Source: a virus
Reading direction: 5' to 3' (one strand)
DNA: 64,000 bases
Virus record (IMG/VR): IMGVR_UViG_3300035498_000724
Span: 5,952-69,951 of that record
A program made the translations under genes and the position numbers. The stretch's first letter is position 1. The number at the start of each line of letters is the position of its first letter. This document shows positions 43,814 to 54,704 of the stretch, piece after piece. The notes under the pieces were generated by a model. It did no database searches. It saw only the letters and a program-made list of their open reading frames with translations, and had not been told where the DNA came from.

Positions 43814-43913
43814 TATTCCTGCACCTCCTTTTCTATAAGTTTACATAATTTGACAACTATTTGTCATTTCTTTGTTTAAAAAAGACTTATATGTTTTTCT
43901 TAAGTCTATATAT

Positions 43914-43942
43914 ATTATAACATACTGACAACTAGTTGTCAA
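43914..43942 (-). promoter_or_regulatory. TTGACA-N17-TATAAT promoter within palindrome CTGACAACTAGTTGTCAA; second imperfect palindrome at 43849-43865
   Basis: Consensus hexamers with 17-bp spacing on the minus strand, upstream of 43262..43813. Confidence 0.55.
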
Positions 43943-43970
43943 GTTAGGTGGAATAGCTAGTAATTTCTAG

Positions 43971-45731
43971 CTATTCGTCATCCTCAAATATTTCATCATA
44001 GTATTCACTATCATAAGTAGATGTTGCATTGTCAACTTCTTCAGAAGTCATCTTTGTATAATAACTCTTTTCGTCATCATCCATTTCTCCCATACAACAA
44101 TATAAAACTTCTTTTGCTCTAGTTATTGCAATGTAAATTAAATTTCTTTCCTGTTGATTGTCATCTGCTGTTTTATTTTTTGAAGTATAGGGCATTAAAT
44201 TATAATTTATAATGAATACTCTATTTGCTTCTAATCCTTTTACTTGATGGATTGAGCTTACGATTACTGCGTTATCACTTGGTTCTGTAACAAATAATTC
44301 TTCTATAAACTCTATGAATTTTTCAACTACAGTAGTTGTTGGATATTTCTTTTCGTTTATATAGAAATTTAGTATCGCTTTAATCATATCATAGACATCC
44401 ATTGTTCCATTATTTATTGCACTACATTGTCTTTGATTTTCTGGATTTTTCATTGTCTTTTTATATTCTTCGTGTAACTCATCTATCTTGTTTTGTAATC
44501 CTGCAACAGTAGTACAACCTAAGCTTCTAATTGACTTAATTGCTCCATCAATCATTTCTTTATCTTTTATATAAACAGGCTTCCCTTTTAATACTAAAGA
44601 TAAGAAAACTTCAGCAAGGTCTTTATTCTTTCTAGCAATTACCATATCTTGAGGTTGAGCATAATCTGCAATTTCTGAATTATTTATAACGTGAACTTCT
44701 CCTTCTTTTGCATTTGGAGCTGCTTCAATAGTTGGAACCCATTGTTGAGCAACCTCAACTATTTTTCTAGCACAACGGTAGCAAATGTTAAGTGGAAGGT
44801 CTATTGTACTAAATTGTCTACGAATATTTTCTACTGAATGACAATCAGCACCTGCGAATCCATAAATTGCCTGAAAAGCGTCTGAAACGAATAAGAATCT
44901 TGTAGGTAATTTCTTACCATATTGAGGTTCCATCTTTATAAGTTTTTTAAGGAAACGTAGTTGTAATGCTGACAAATCTTGTGATTCGTCACAGCCTATA
45001 AACTCACTATAATAAGCCATCCAAGATGGTAGTAGTAATTTATTTATAACTGGTATGTATAACTGGTCTATAAAGTCATAAATTCCTTTTTCTTCATATA
45101 ATTGCATACCTTCTTCAACTGCATCTTCTACAATTTGTCCCCAAGGTAATATTGGATAAGATAGCCCATCATCTCTTTCTATATCGTAGAATCTACATAA
45201 GTTATCTTCTTCAATTATCTTTTCTGCATAATCTCTATCGTGTGTAACATATTTACTTCTTACTTTATCGCAAGCTCTTTTTAAATCCTTCATCATATCC
45301 CAAACCATATCATCTGTTACCCTTTCGTGTCTGGTTTGACACATAGAACGAATTTCTCTTTCTAAAATTGAGAACAATTTATTTTCTTTAAGAAACTTAT
45401 TGTCTCCACCTTTATAAAGTCCTCTTGCTTGTAAATCGTTTCTAATTGTCATATCTCCAATAGAGTTTACTGTATAAACTTTTAAAGTTCCAAGTCCACC
45501 TTCATTCTTCTTTGTTAAATACTTTTGAAGTTCTGAACGATTATTTATTTCGTCTGCTATATGTTTATTAAAAGCAATAAACAACATTTTTCTTGGATAA
45601 TTTTGGGCTATTAACTCCAAAGTGGAAGTCTTTCCACTTCCAGCTTTAGCGTCAACTATAGCATTACCCGTACCATTTTGAACCCAATCAATAATATCTA
45701 CTTGATATTTATTTGGTGGGAATTTTGCCAT
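43971..45731 (-). CDS. UvrD/Rep-family SF1 helicase
   Basis: Motif I DAKAGSGKTSTL. 586 aa. Confidence 0.7.
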   Translation of the reverse strand: MAKFPPNKYQVDIIDWVQNGTGNAIVDAKAGSGKTSTLELIAQNYPRKMLFIAFNKHIADEINNRSELQKYLTKKNEGGLGTLKVYTVNSIGDMTIRNDLQARGLYKGGDNKFLKENKLFSILEREIRSMCQTRHERVTDDMVWDMMKDLKRACDKVRSKYVTHDRDYAEKIIEEDNLCRFYDIERDDGLSYPILPWGQIVEDAVEEGMQLYEEKGIYDFIDQLYIPVINKLLLPSWMAYYSEFIGCDESQDLSALQLRFLKKLIKMEPQYGKKLPTRFLFVSDAFQAIYGFAGADCHSVENIRRQFSTIDLPLNICYRCARKIVEVAQQWVPTIEAAPNAKEGEVHVINNSEIADYAQPQDMVIARKNKDLAEVFLSLVLKGKPVYIKDKEMIDGAIKSIRSLGCTTVAGLQNKIDELHEEYKKTMKNPENQRQCSAINNGTMDVYDMIKAILNFYINEKKYPTTTVVEKFIEFIEELFVTEPSDNAVIVSSIHQVKGLEANRVFIINYNLMPYTSKNKTADDNQQERNLIYIAITRAKEVLYCCMGEMDDDEKSYYTKMTSEEVDNATSTYDSEYYDEIFEDDE

Positions 45732-45732
45732 A

Positions 45733-46020
45733 TTATTTACCTACCTTTCTCAAAATTCTTCTTATAAAATGAACAAATCTTTCTTTCTTTGTTACAACTT
45801 TTACTGGAACAGTATTTTGTTTAAATATGTTCTTTGCAGTATAATATATAACATATCCATCTAAGATTTTCAAGTCTTCATTTACAATTATTTCTCCGTA
45901 GTAGTGATTATATTTTTTGTAATATGCTTCCATTCCCATTAACTTATACAATTTAGGTTTTGCAGATTTCATTGATTTCGGAACAGTAATTCTATTAATA
46001 TCTACAATTAATCTTTCCAT
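45733..46020 (-). CDS. hypothetical protein
   Basis: 95 aa. Confidence 0.35.
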   Translation of the reverse strand: MERLIVDINRITVPKSMKSAKPKLYKLMGMEAYYKKYNHYYGEIIVNEDLKILDGYVIYYTAKNIFKQNTVPVKVVTKKERFVHFIRRILRKVGK

Positions 46021-48278
46021 TAAATTTCTACGCCTCCATTCCTTATAAAGTCATCTCTTTCTGAAATTATGTCTGTTACAACAGTTTCTTCATCTCCAAT
46101 TTTTTCTCCATTTGGATACTTTTCTTTTAAAAATCCTAAGAAGTAATTTTCAACTGGAGTAGTTAAGCTATTAGTAAATTTATTAACTCCTGTTGGATTT
46201 TTCATATATCTATCTAGCACCCATCTCAAAGATTTCCAAGTATTATAATAATAAAGTTTGTACTTAAACATAAATCCTTCGGCATCTTCTACAACAAATC
46301 CTTCGATAAATTCCCCATTATATTTATAATCTGTAGCTTCTACCTCTCCATTTAGAGATAAAAATTCTTGAATGTTATTTATTTCGTAACATAATTCTTT
46401 AACATTTATATTATTTCTTACTCCAAAGGCTTTTAGATGTTCATATTTTACTTTCTTAAATTCTACTGTATTATAAATCATTTCTAGTAAAACTAGGTCT
46501 TGTTTATTATACTTTATAATGTGTGGGTCATTTACTGGGTCTATAACTTCAAATACCATCGTAATATCTTCTTTAGTGAATCTTTCTTTAATTGCATTGA
46601 TTTGTTCTTCATTATATATTCTATAGAATATATTTTTGAAGTATTCTGTATGAATTCCGCTATTTGAAGATTTAGAACAGAAGTATAACTCTCCATTACG
46701 CATTGATAATATTCCTAAGAAACCATTATATTTTTTGTAAAATTTAACTGGGAATTTCAGATTTTGAACTAGACTTCCAAATCTAGTTTCTTCTCTTTCA
46801 TTCTTATTAAAGAATTTATTATAACTTCTTGCTTGTATTTTTTCGTTTTCTATGTCTATAAATAATCCTCTAGCTTGAGTTGTAATGTTATTCCAAATGC
46901 CCTTTTCAAAAGCATTCCTTGTAAAGTTAAATGCAGAAACACCGTCACCTAACATTTTTTCTTGAATAAATTTATTACGTCTTAACTCTTGAATAAACAT
47001 TCCCATATTACTAAAGCTTGTATGAACTATTCCATCTGGAGAAGATTGTTTTTTAGCCAATAATTGCTCATCAAATACTGTATTTTGAATTGTTTGAGGA
47101 TTAAAACTTCCATCATCTTTAATTGTTAAAACTCTTAATTCCCCACCAAATTCAATTTTTCCTTCAAGATTATAAGAGTATTCTTTATGAACTAAAGGAT
47201 GATTAAATATATTTCTATGTCCGTGTATTTGATAAATTGGATGTTCTCTGATTTCGTTTTCTTTTTGAGCCCAAGTATCAAATATTTCATCTATATCATC
47301 ATCATAAGTTCCTACTCCTTTAATAAAACTAATTGCTGCATAATAATCAATAGATTGTTTTGGCATATATGGAATACCACCGTGAGAAATAATAAAGTCA
47401 TTTCCTCTAAATGTTATATATGCTGCAACTCCTAATCTTCTATAAAGTTGTCTAAGGTCTGTATTTTCAATTCCAGCTTCTGCAAATTGAACTGCTGTAT
47501 GATTAACAAAGTCTTTACTTTTGACTGGGAAACCAAAAGCATAATCTCGTAGGCTTAATTCGTGATTTCCTGTTAAAAACAAAGTATTTTGTTTTGCCAT
47601 TAATTCAGTTACTAAATTAAAAGTTTCTACATTTTCAATACCTCTATCAAAATAATCTCCTACAAAGATATATCCATCTTCTTCACTAAAAGGATTTTCT
47701 TTAAAGTAAGTGCATAAAGCAGTATAACAGCCGTGAATGTCTCCGAATATATGTATATTCTTATAGTTATTCCAGTCATAAGGTTCAATAGTTAGTATTG
47801 ACTCAAAATCTTCTGGTTTAACTACAGTAAATCCTGATGTTTTACCTTGAGTTGCAAATCTTGAATAAACTTTATCTATTTCTCCTTCTGGAACCTGTTT
47901 GTACTCTGGTCTTTGTGCATTTCTTTCTTTTGCTACCTCAATAGGTACATCTGTAAAATCTACACAATATAGTCTATATCTATATTGTTCTGCCAAGCTT
48001 TTATATCTTGAAAATTCAGAACTCTTGCTATGTACTGCATCAATAATAGTAAACTCTCCATTTTTCATACGTTCTTCTAAGAAGTAAAACAACATATCCC
48101 AAGCTTGCCTATTGTTTGTTTGGTCAATACAATCTTTACCTTGTATCCCAATTCTTGGAGCAGTAAGGTGTAATCTCATTGTATCAGCACAAAGGGTATA
48201 TTTTTCTAAATCGTGTTCCTTTAGCCAAGTAGATTTTCCAGCTCCCATTGAGCCTCTAAGGATTACTAATTTCCTCAT
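46020..48278 (-). CDS. polynucleotide kinase-phosphatase with ligase-like C-terminal domain (Pnkp-type RNA repair enzyme)
   Basis: N-terminal P-loop kinase (ILRGSMGAGKST). Central calcineurin-like phosphoesterase (GDIHGC, GDYFDRG, GNHE). C-terminal KxxG nucleotidyltransferase-like motif (KKYNGFLG). 752 aa. Confidence 0.6.
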   Translation of the reverse strand: MRKLVILRGSMGAGKSTWLKEHDLEKYTLCADTMRLHLTAPRIGIQGKDCIDQTNNRQAWDMLFYFLEERMKNGEFTIIDAVHSKSSEFSRYKSLAEQYRYRLYCVDFTDVPIEVAKERNAQRPEYKQVPEGEIDKVYSRFATQGKTSGFTVVKPEDFESILTIEPYDWNNYKNIHIFGDIHGCYTALCTYFKENPFSEEDGYIFVGDYFDRGIENVETFNLVTELMAKQNTLFLTGNHELSLRDYAFGFPVKSKDFVNHTAVQFAEAGIENTDLRQLYRRLGVAAYITFRGNDFIISHGGIPYMPKQSIDYYAAISFIKGVGTYDDDIDEIFDTWAQKENEIREHPIYQIHGHRNIFNHPLVHKEYSYNLEGKIEFGGELRVLTIKDDGSFNPQTIQNTVFDEQLLAKKQSSPDGIVHTSFSNMGMFIQELRRNKFIQEKMLGDGVSAFNFTRNAFEKGIWNNITTQARGLFIDIENEKIQARSYNKFFNKNEREETRFGSLVQNLKFPVKFYKKYNGFLGILSMRNGELYFCSKSSNSGIHTEYFKNIFYRIYNEEQINAIKERFTKEDITMVFEVIDPVNDPHIIKYNKQDLVLLEMIYNTVEFKKVKYEHLKAFGVRNNINVKELCYEINNIQEFLSLNGEVEATDYKYNGEFIEGFVVEDAEGFMFKYKLYYYNTWKSLRWVLDRYMKNPTGVNKFTNSLTTPVENYFLGFLKEKYPNGEKIGDEETVVTDIISERDDFIRNGGVEI

Positions 48279-48786
48279 TATTATCCCCTCCTGACATATA
48301 TTTTTTATAATACATTTGTTTAACTTGACTTAATAATTCTTTATTAAGTTGTTCTGATGGAGTAAATACAAAACCTTCATTATATTCTTCTTTTTTTCTG
48401 TCGATTAGTAATACTAAATTCTCTACAAATTCTCTTACATCTACATTGAAATAAGTTAGAAGTGTTGGACTATATTCTGGTTTAAAATCTCTGCCATCAT
48501 ATGGGACTTCGTCTTCAAAAGCATCTTCATTAATTTCTACACAAATAGTTTCATCTTGATATTTATATAGTCTAATGTTCGCTTCAAATCCTTCTTGGTC
48601 TATATAAACTTCATAAATTCCTGTAATATCACTTAGTAAGAATTTACAAGCCATTAATAAATCATCAAAGAATGGTTGAACGTAGCTAATTCGCATTTTT
48701 CTAATTTCTTCATTTATATAATCGTAGATATGCATATACATCCATCCAGCTCCTATATCTGTGAAGTCTAAAATAATTTTGTTCAT
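48256..48786 (-). CDS. hypothetical protein
   Basis: 176 aa. Confidence 0.35.
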   Translation of the reverse strand: MNKIILDFTDIGAGWMYMHIYDYINEEIRKMRISYVQPFFDDLLMACKFLLSDITGIYEVYIDQEGFEANIRLYKYQDETICVEINEDAFEDEVPYDGRDFKPEYSPTLLTYFNVDVREFVENLVLLIDRKKEEYNEGFVFTPSEQLNKELLSQVKQMYYKKYMSGGDNNEEISNP

Positions 48787-48811
48787 ATTTCCTCCTTATT
48801 GTTTTTTAAGG

Positions 48812-50437
48812 TTAATTGCAATAAGTTTCTCCTATTTCTATTTTATTATATTCATCTTCATCGACAGTTAAGATTATTCCATTGTTTAAAAGTACTTTAT
48901 ATGAAGTAACAACTGTCTTTTTAGAAAATAGAAATTTTTTAACTTCTTGTATTTGTTGCTCAGCAAATTTTCTAATAACAACTAAAGCTGTTTTTTCTTT
49001 TTTATGAGACTCAAATTCCTCTCTCATTTCTTTTCTTGCTTGTTCTATCGCTTCTTTCTTTATTTGTTCTATTATTTCTTCAAATGTCCTATTACTTTCT
49101 TTTACTTCTGTATTTACAACTTCTTTTACAGTTTCTTGAACATTAACTTGTTTTTTATTCTTTAATACTTCTGTAATAACTTTTGAAACAGCATCCTTTT
49201 CTTCTTGCCTTAACCCTTTATTACTTTCATCATAAATACTATTTATAATTTTAGTCATATCATAGTTGTCTCCAAGATATTTGATTACATCTTCAGGGTA
49301 AAAATATCTTAAATTTTTATCTCCATTAGAATTTTTCTTAGATTTAGAACCTTTTTCATCTAAGATAATTTTTGTTTGAATTTCTTTTGGAAGTTTTGAA
49401 ATAAGTATTTCATTCGCATAATTTTCCATTATTGAAAATTTATTTTTTTCCTTGGTTGAAAGTGAACTAAGTCTTTCATAATCAAAAGAGAGAAACATAT
49501 AAGAATGTGAATAATATATAGTTCCATCTTTTTCAAGTCTTTGCTGTTTTTTATACTGAAGAAATTCTTCACTTTCGTTTTCAGAAAGACCAAATTTCTT
49601 TAACAAATCTTTAAATTCTTGTACATTTTTGCATTCACATTTTTTTGCAGCAGTAGATGCAACGATATCACCAGCCATATAACTATTATAAGCTTTTTCC
49701 ATTTCTTCAGTCCATTTAGAATTAGATTTTTTCTTTCTTCTTCTAACTTGTTTAGTCTGTTCCTTTTCTGGAATAATTGATTCAGTACCAGCTATTTCTA
49801 ATTGTTCCCCAATTTCAGTAATAGAAGCTTCTATTAAAGTTTCTTTTGTGTTTAATGGGGCAATTTCTGTATTTTTATTCTGAGCTTTTCTTCTTCTATA
49901 TTTTTGTTTCTGTTTCTTCGGAGCACCTTCAATAAACTTCATTTTTTCTTTTCCTTCGCTTATTAATGCTCGAAGAATATATGTATAACAATAGGTTTCA
50001 GTTCCACTAAAACCAAAACTAACGTCATATCCTGTTGCATTATATATTTCTTTTGCATCATTCATTAATTGAACAAAATTTATAACACTATCTTTTAAAT
50101 CATTGTTTGATTTGAAAAGTCCATTTGATTCTTTTGGAACATTTTCCCATAAATCAAATAGCTCTTCATTAACAGTTTGATTTGATAAATTGTATCCATT
50201 ATAGCTACCTCTTATTGCTAAAAGAGTTAGTGCTTTTACTCCCCTATTTACTATTATAGGAATTTGTTTTTCAAAGTTCTCAACGAAATCTCTTTCTACC
50301 CATATTTTCATTCTTTCTCTTCTTTTTCCTTCAGTAGAAGCAATGCAATATCTATTGTTGATTATTTTGTCAGCTTGAAGTTTATCACGGAAAAATCCTT
50401 CCATATAATCATAGTTGCTTATTGTACTATGTTCCAT
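48812..50437 (-). CDS. hypothetical Lys/Glu-rich protein
   Basis: 541 aa. Confidence 0.35.
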   Translation of the reverse strand: MEHSTISNYDYMEGFFRDKLQADKIINNRYCIASTEGKRRERMKIWVERDFVENFEKQIPIIVNRGVKALTLLAIRGSYNGYNLSNQTVNEELFDLWENVPKESNGLFKSNNDLKDSVINFVQLMNDAKEIYNATGYDVSFGFSGTETYCYTYILRALISEGKEKMKFIEGAPKKQKQKYRRRKAQNKNTEIAPLNTKETLIEASITEIGEQLEIAGTESIIPEKEQTKQVRRRKKKSNSKWTEEMEKAYNSYMAGDIVASTAAKKCECKNVQEFKDLLKKFGLSENESEEFLQYKKQQRLEKDGTIYYSHSYMFLSFDYERLSSLSTKEKNKFSIMENYANEILISKLPKEIQTKIILDEKGSKSKKNSNGDKNLRYFYPEDVIKYLGDNYDMTKIINSIYDESNKGLRQEEKDAVSKVITEVLKNKKQVNVQETVKEVVNTEVKESNRTFEEIIEQIKKEAIEQARKEMREEFESHKKEKTALVVIRKFAEQQIQEVKKFLFSKKTVVTSYKVLLNNGIILTVDEDEYNKIEIGETYCN

Positions 50438-50472
50438 TAAAATACCCCTCCTTTGTATATTTTTATGTTCTC

Positions 50473-50501
50473 ATTATAGCACATCGACAACTAGTTGTCA
50501 A
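50473..50501 (-). promoter_or_regulatory. TTGACA-N17-TATAAT promoter with palindrome TCGACAACTAGTTGTCAA
   Basis: Consensus hexamers on the minus strand, upstream of 48812..50437. Confidence 0.55.
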
Positions 50502-50528
50502 GTTAGGTGGAAAAAAATAAAGAAGATT

Positions 50529-51095
50529 TTAATTCTTCTTTATTTCTAATAGGCTTTCAAGCCTTATTGGTTTATAATCTATCATTTCTACACTAGCGCA
50601 AATATGGTTATTTGGATTGTATAAAGTAGTATCTAATGGTACATTATGAATATGACCGTGGACATTAATTTCGTCATCATTACATTGAACTGGATTATGA
50701 GAGAATATAATCTTATCCCAATCATATTCCGTTAAACCAGATATAGAAAGGTTATTTTCTATTAAATCTACACTTAATTGATTTAAAGTAACTTTACCTT
50801 TCTTGTAAACTCTTTCAAATCCAATGTTTGACCAAGAGTTAACTCCACGTTTCATATCGTGGTTTCCTCTTATTAGTATTTTATGTCCGTTTAAACTTTC
50901 AACAAGAGGCTTTAATTGTTCAACTAAACCAAATCCGACATCCCCTAAATGAAATACTATATCATCTGGTTCTACAACAGAGTTCCATTTTTCAACAATA
51001 TCTTTATTCATTGTAGAGGTGTCTTCATAAGGTCTATTGCAATATTTTATTATGTTTGCGTGTGAGAAATGAGTATCTGACACTATATATAACAT
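50529..51095 (-). CDS. calcineurin-like metallophosphoesterase
   Basis: Motifs DTHFSH, GDVGFG, GNHD. 188 aa. Confidence 0.7.
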   Translation of the reverse strand: MLYIVSDTHFSHANIIKYCNRPYEDTSTMNKDIVEKWNSVVEPDDIVFHLGDVGFGLVEQLKPLVESLNGHKILIRGNHDMKRGVNSWSNIGFERVYKKGKVTLNQLSVDLIENNLSISGLTEYDWDKIIFSHNPVQCNDDEINVHGHIHNVPLDTTLYNPNNHICASVEMIDYKPIRLESLLEIKKN

Positions 51096-51110
51096 TGTTC
51101 TTCACCTTTA

Positions 51111-51818
51111 TTATATTATTCCGCCTTGTGCTCTAAGCATCTCTTGTAGGTCTTCAATAGTCATTTGTTCGCTAACTTCTATATCAACTTCCTCATCAGG
51201 ATTTACTTCTTCTGTTTCTTCAATTACTTCAATATTTGGGTTTGAAATAATTTCTGGTTCTTTTTCAACTACTTCTTCTACTGGAGTTTCTTCAATAGGA
51301 GTTTCAACTACTTCTTCAGTTTGTTCTACTGGTTGCTCTACTGGTTGCTCTTCAGGAGCAGCTTCCTCAACAGGAGTTTCATCTTTTTTCATAGCAAGAA
51401 GTTGAGTTGGATGATAACATTCTATGCCTAAAGAATGAGCTTTTGCAAGAATACTTCCTTTATCGTCAATGATAATTGCGTGTTCTTGAACATTTCCGTG
51501 CATTAAATCTTCTATATAATATCTAATAACTTCAACTTTATCGTCATCTGGGCTAATAAAGATTCTGTTTTCGTATGGAAGACTAAAGTGCATATTTAAC
51601 CAATCTTGTTTTTCAAGTGTTGCTTTAGCATTTGGACTAGCTGAGCAAATCATCAAAATATAGTCTGGATTATTGTATTTTTTAATGATTTCATCCATAA
51701 CTGAAATTACTGGTTTTTTACCTACATAATTTCCTTTTCTGAATTCTCCATCATACAATCCACTTGGATAACCATATTCAGCAATTACTCCATCCATATC
51801 AATAAATACGTATTTCAT
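51111..51818 (-). CDS. HAD-like hydrolase with acidic repeat tail
   Basis: FIDMDGVIAEY HAD motif I. C-terminal PVEQPVEQ repeats. Confidence 0.45.
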   Translation of the reverse strand: MKYVFIDMDGVIAEYGYPSGLYDGEFRKGNYVGKKPVISVMDEIIKKYNNPDYILMICSASPNAKATLEKQDWLNMHFSLPYENRIFISPDDDKVEVIRYYIEDLMHGNVQEHAIIIDDKGSILAKAHSLGIECYHPTQLLAMKKDETPVEEAAPEEQPVEQPVEQTEEVVETPIEETPVEEVVEKEPEIISNPNIEVIEETEEVNPDEEVDIEVSEQMTIEDLQEMLRAQGGII

Positions 51819-51827
51819 AAATACCTC

Positions 51828-52610
51828 CTATTTATTCTTTTTACCGAATAATCCTTTTCTACTACTTGTAGTTACTGTTGTAGATGGTTCACTCATACTG
51901 ATAGATAATGTTTCATCTCCTGTTTGAGTAGTTGATACAGTTGTTTCAACTTCTGCAACTTGACCTTCTACTTGAGATAATCCTGCTGTAACTAATCCTT
52001 CTACTTCTCCACTTACTTCAGTAGTTATTTCTGTAGCTTCGCTTGTAGATTCTTCACTTGTAGTTTCTTCTGGAATGATTTGTTCTGACATTTGAGAATA
52101 TTTTTCAAGTGTATCATTTGTATCTAAGTCCGCATCTTTTACTGCTGATGATGCTAATTTTTCAGCAAGTTCTGCTCTAGCTTTTTCTATTTCTTCTTGT
52201 TTAGCAGTTAATTTTTCTTTTTGTTCTGTTAAATCAATGTAGAAAATAAAAGCTCCTTGATTTGCTAATGTAAAATAACGAGAGATTGATAAAGCTGAGA
52301 TATTTTCATCTGCTAAAAATCCATTAACTTCTGCATCTAAATCTTTGTTAAATGGTAAGATTATATCTTTAACGTGGCAATATGTTACTGCATCTGCATC
52401 AGAGTAACTTCTACCTTGTTTGTCATAAGCTGCTTTAATATCCTCTCTATTTCCATAAGTAACTGTTACAGTTTTAACTCCATTTCCACTATCAATAGCA
52501 ACCTGAATAGCAGCTGGGTCTACTTCGTTACTTCTTAAAAAGTTTTCAACCTCTGTATCAATTGGGTTTATAACGTTTGTTCTAAAAGTAATTTGTTTTT
52601 CTAAAGCCAT
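51828..52610 (-). CDS. hypothetical protein
   Basis: 260 aa. Confidence 0.35.
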   Translation of the reverse strand: MALEKQITFRTNVINPIDTEVENFLRSNEVDPAAIQVAIDSGNGVKTVTVTYGNREDIKAAYDKQGRSYSDADAVTYCHVKDIILPFNKDLDAEVNGFLADENISALSISRYFTLANQGAFIFYIDLTEQKEKLTAKQEEIEKARAELAEKLASSAVKDADLDTNDTLEKYSQMSEQIIPEETTSEESTSEATEITTEVSGEVEGLVTAGLSQVEGQVAEVETTVSTTQTGDETLSISMSEPSTTVTTSSRKGLFGKKNK

Positions 52611-52699
52611 TTTGATTTTTCCTCCTTCATTTTTTATAGTGATTTTAATAAGGGCTGTATATATTTAATAATTTCGTTTAATAGGATTGTAGACCGAAA

Positions 52700-53182
52700 T
52701 TATCTTTCACTATCTGTTTCTTCTTGACATTTTAATCTGCCTAGTCTATTTGTTGCTTCCTCACTTGTTGCGTAATAAATAAATTTTTCTTCTGTTTTTT
52801 CTTGGTATTTATCTAAAAAAGCTCCAATACCTCTACTTTCTCCTTCTGCTAAAGTTCTATTATTACACATATTAACTTCAACTGGGATACAGTTTAATAA
52901 GCTATCAAAGATTTTAGTATAGAATATCCAGAAAATAAAGTCTGTTCTTTTTCTTCTAAAGCTACTTTTTCTATCTTTAAATAAAACTTTATATAATCTA
53001 TCTTGACCAATTTTGACTCTATCTTCTTCATCTTTTTCGTAATGAAATGTATTAACATAACAACTTATGTCAATTACAGCATCAATAACTTTTCTTGTAT
53101 AAGGTGCTGCTGCATTTACGAAAAAGTAGTCTAATAAGCAGATTACTAAAATAGTAATAATTACTGTTAAAAATATTGCCAT
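52700..53182 (-). CDS. hypothetical membrane protein
   Basis: 160 aa with an N-terminal TM segment. Confidence 0.35.
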   Translation of the reverse strand: MAIFLTVIITILVICLLDYFFVNAAAPYTRKVIDAVIDISCYVNTFHYEKDEEDRVKIGQDRLYKVLFKDRKSSFRRKRTDFIFWIFYTKIFDSLLNCIPVEVNMCNNRTLAEGESRGIGAFLDKYQEKTEEKFIYYATSEEATNRLGRLKCQEETDSER

Positions 53183-53523
53183 TATTTTTTCACCTCCTGC
53201 TTATTGTCTCTTATTTCTTGTAAAGCCGAAATTAACTTATCTAAATCTTCTTTATTTATAACAATATCTTCTAAAAGATAATCTTTACCTCTTATTGTTT
53301 GCCAAGTTCTTTTAAGTCTATCGTATATTCTTCTAAATATAGAAGCTTTTTGTTTTGAATAGAAGTTGCTAGTCCACATTTCTAAATACAACATTGATTC
53401 ATCATCAAAAGAATGTATTTTAATTGAGTGTGTTCCACAACCACATTCTATAATAACTTCTCTTTCTATTGAGTTATTAAAAGGTTCACTCCCTAAAGCT
53501 ACCATATTATTCCTCCAACTCAT
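53182..53523 (-). CDS. hypothetical protein
   Basis: 113 aa. Confidence 0.3.
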   Translation of the reverse strand: MSWRNNMVALGSEPFNNSIEREVIIECGCGTHSIKIHSFDDESMLYLEMWTSNFYSKQKASIFRRIYDRLKRTWQTIRGKDYLLEDIVINKEDLDKLISALQEIRDNKQEVKK

Positions 53524-53995
53524 CGTCTTCTAATTTCTTTTCAAGTTTACGAATTCTAGCTTCTAATCTTCCTTTTTCTTCATTATACTCATCATTTTGT
53601 TTAAGTATTGGTTTAAAGAATTTATGGTAGAATTCTGTAAAAGACATTTCTTTTAATGGTTCAAGTTCTTTTATATTGTAACCATTATTTATCATATATT
53701 CGTCAATAGCACTATGGAAACCAGTATATCCTTCACTAGCATATCCTGTTATTTCCCCATTCTCATCTATTCTGCGTAAAGACATATTTGTTGTGTCATT
53801 TGTTTGTCTGTCGACAAAAGCATAACAGTCTTCATTTGGGTCATAAAAGAATTTTGGTGCCATTATTTTATATTGTTTAAGTTGCTCATTTTCTTTTTCT
53901 AAATTGTCAATCTTCTTTAATAATTGTTGATGGAATTGAGAAACTAAATCAATTACACTTGGTTCTAAATTGTGGTCAAAATCTTCATTGTACAT
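53507..53995 (-). CDS. hypothetical protein
   Basis: 162 aa. Confidence 0.35.
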   Translation of the reverse strand: MYNEDFDHNLEPSVIDLVSQFHQQLLKKIDNLEKENEQLKQYKIMAPKFFYDPNEDCYAFVDRQTNDTTNMSLRRIDENGEITGYASEGYTGFHSAIDEYMINNGYNIKELEPLKEMSFTEFYHKFFKPILKQNDEYNEEKGRLEARIRKLEKKLEDDELEE

Positions 53996-54244
53996 TAGCT
54001 ACATCACCTTTCTAAAATAAAATTTCAGGAATAGTAGTGTTACATATCTCTTAATTTATCTCTAGCCGAGTTGGTTATATCAATTGACTACTATTCCCGT
54101 TGCAATTAGGTGGATTAAACATTATGTATCCTCCTTTTTGTTGTAGAAGGTAGGAAATTTTGATTAATTTACTTTCCAAAAACGTTGATTTTCTGGGAGT
54201 TTAAATTCTATAAAAATCAAGTTTTATTTCCTAACTTCTATATA

Positions 54245-54273
54245 TATTATAGCACATTGACAACTAGTTGTCA
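54245..54273 (-). promoter_or_regulatory. TTGACA-N17-TATAAT promoter with perfect palindrome TTGACAACTAGTTGTCAA
   Basis: Consensus hexamers. Sits about 250 nt upstream of the 53995 start, so the 5' UTR is long. It contains an 11-bp inverted repeat GGAATAGTAGT/ACTACTATTCC (54041-54113). Confidence 0.55.
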
Positions 54274-54419
54274 AGTTAGGTGGAATTTCCATAAAAAGTG
54301 CTTGTAATTATTGACTTTTTGAACGCTGAATTTTAATTTTGTTGAAATTTAGAGAAAAAATGAGAATTTTGAAAAAATCTTAAAAAATAGGAAAATTTAA
54401 TAAAACAAAATTTTTATCA

Positions 54420-54704
54420 CTAATTATTATCTCCTTTTAATTCTTTCATTTTATTAATAATTTCTTGCAAATCCATTTCTTCATTATCTTTATATGAAAA
54501 ATTTATAAAGTAATTTTCTTTTCCCCAGCCATCTCCGTCTGGGCTAAAAACTAAATAATTTTGTATAGAAATTAAATCATCTGCTTCTAAATCTTTTAAT
54601 ATATTTTCTAAAATGTTTTTAGTATGTTGTTTTAAATATATATATTGTTTTTGTTTTAAGTTATTAACGTCAATATCCATAATATTTATATCTTCATCCT
54701 TCAT
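54420..54704 (-). CDS. hypothetical protein
   Basis: 94 aa. Confidence 0.3.
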   Translation of the reverse strand: MKDEDINIMDIDVNNLKQKQYIYLKQHTKNILENILKDLEADDLISIQNYLVFSPDGDGWGKENYFINFSYKDNEEMDLQEIINKMKELKGDNN

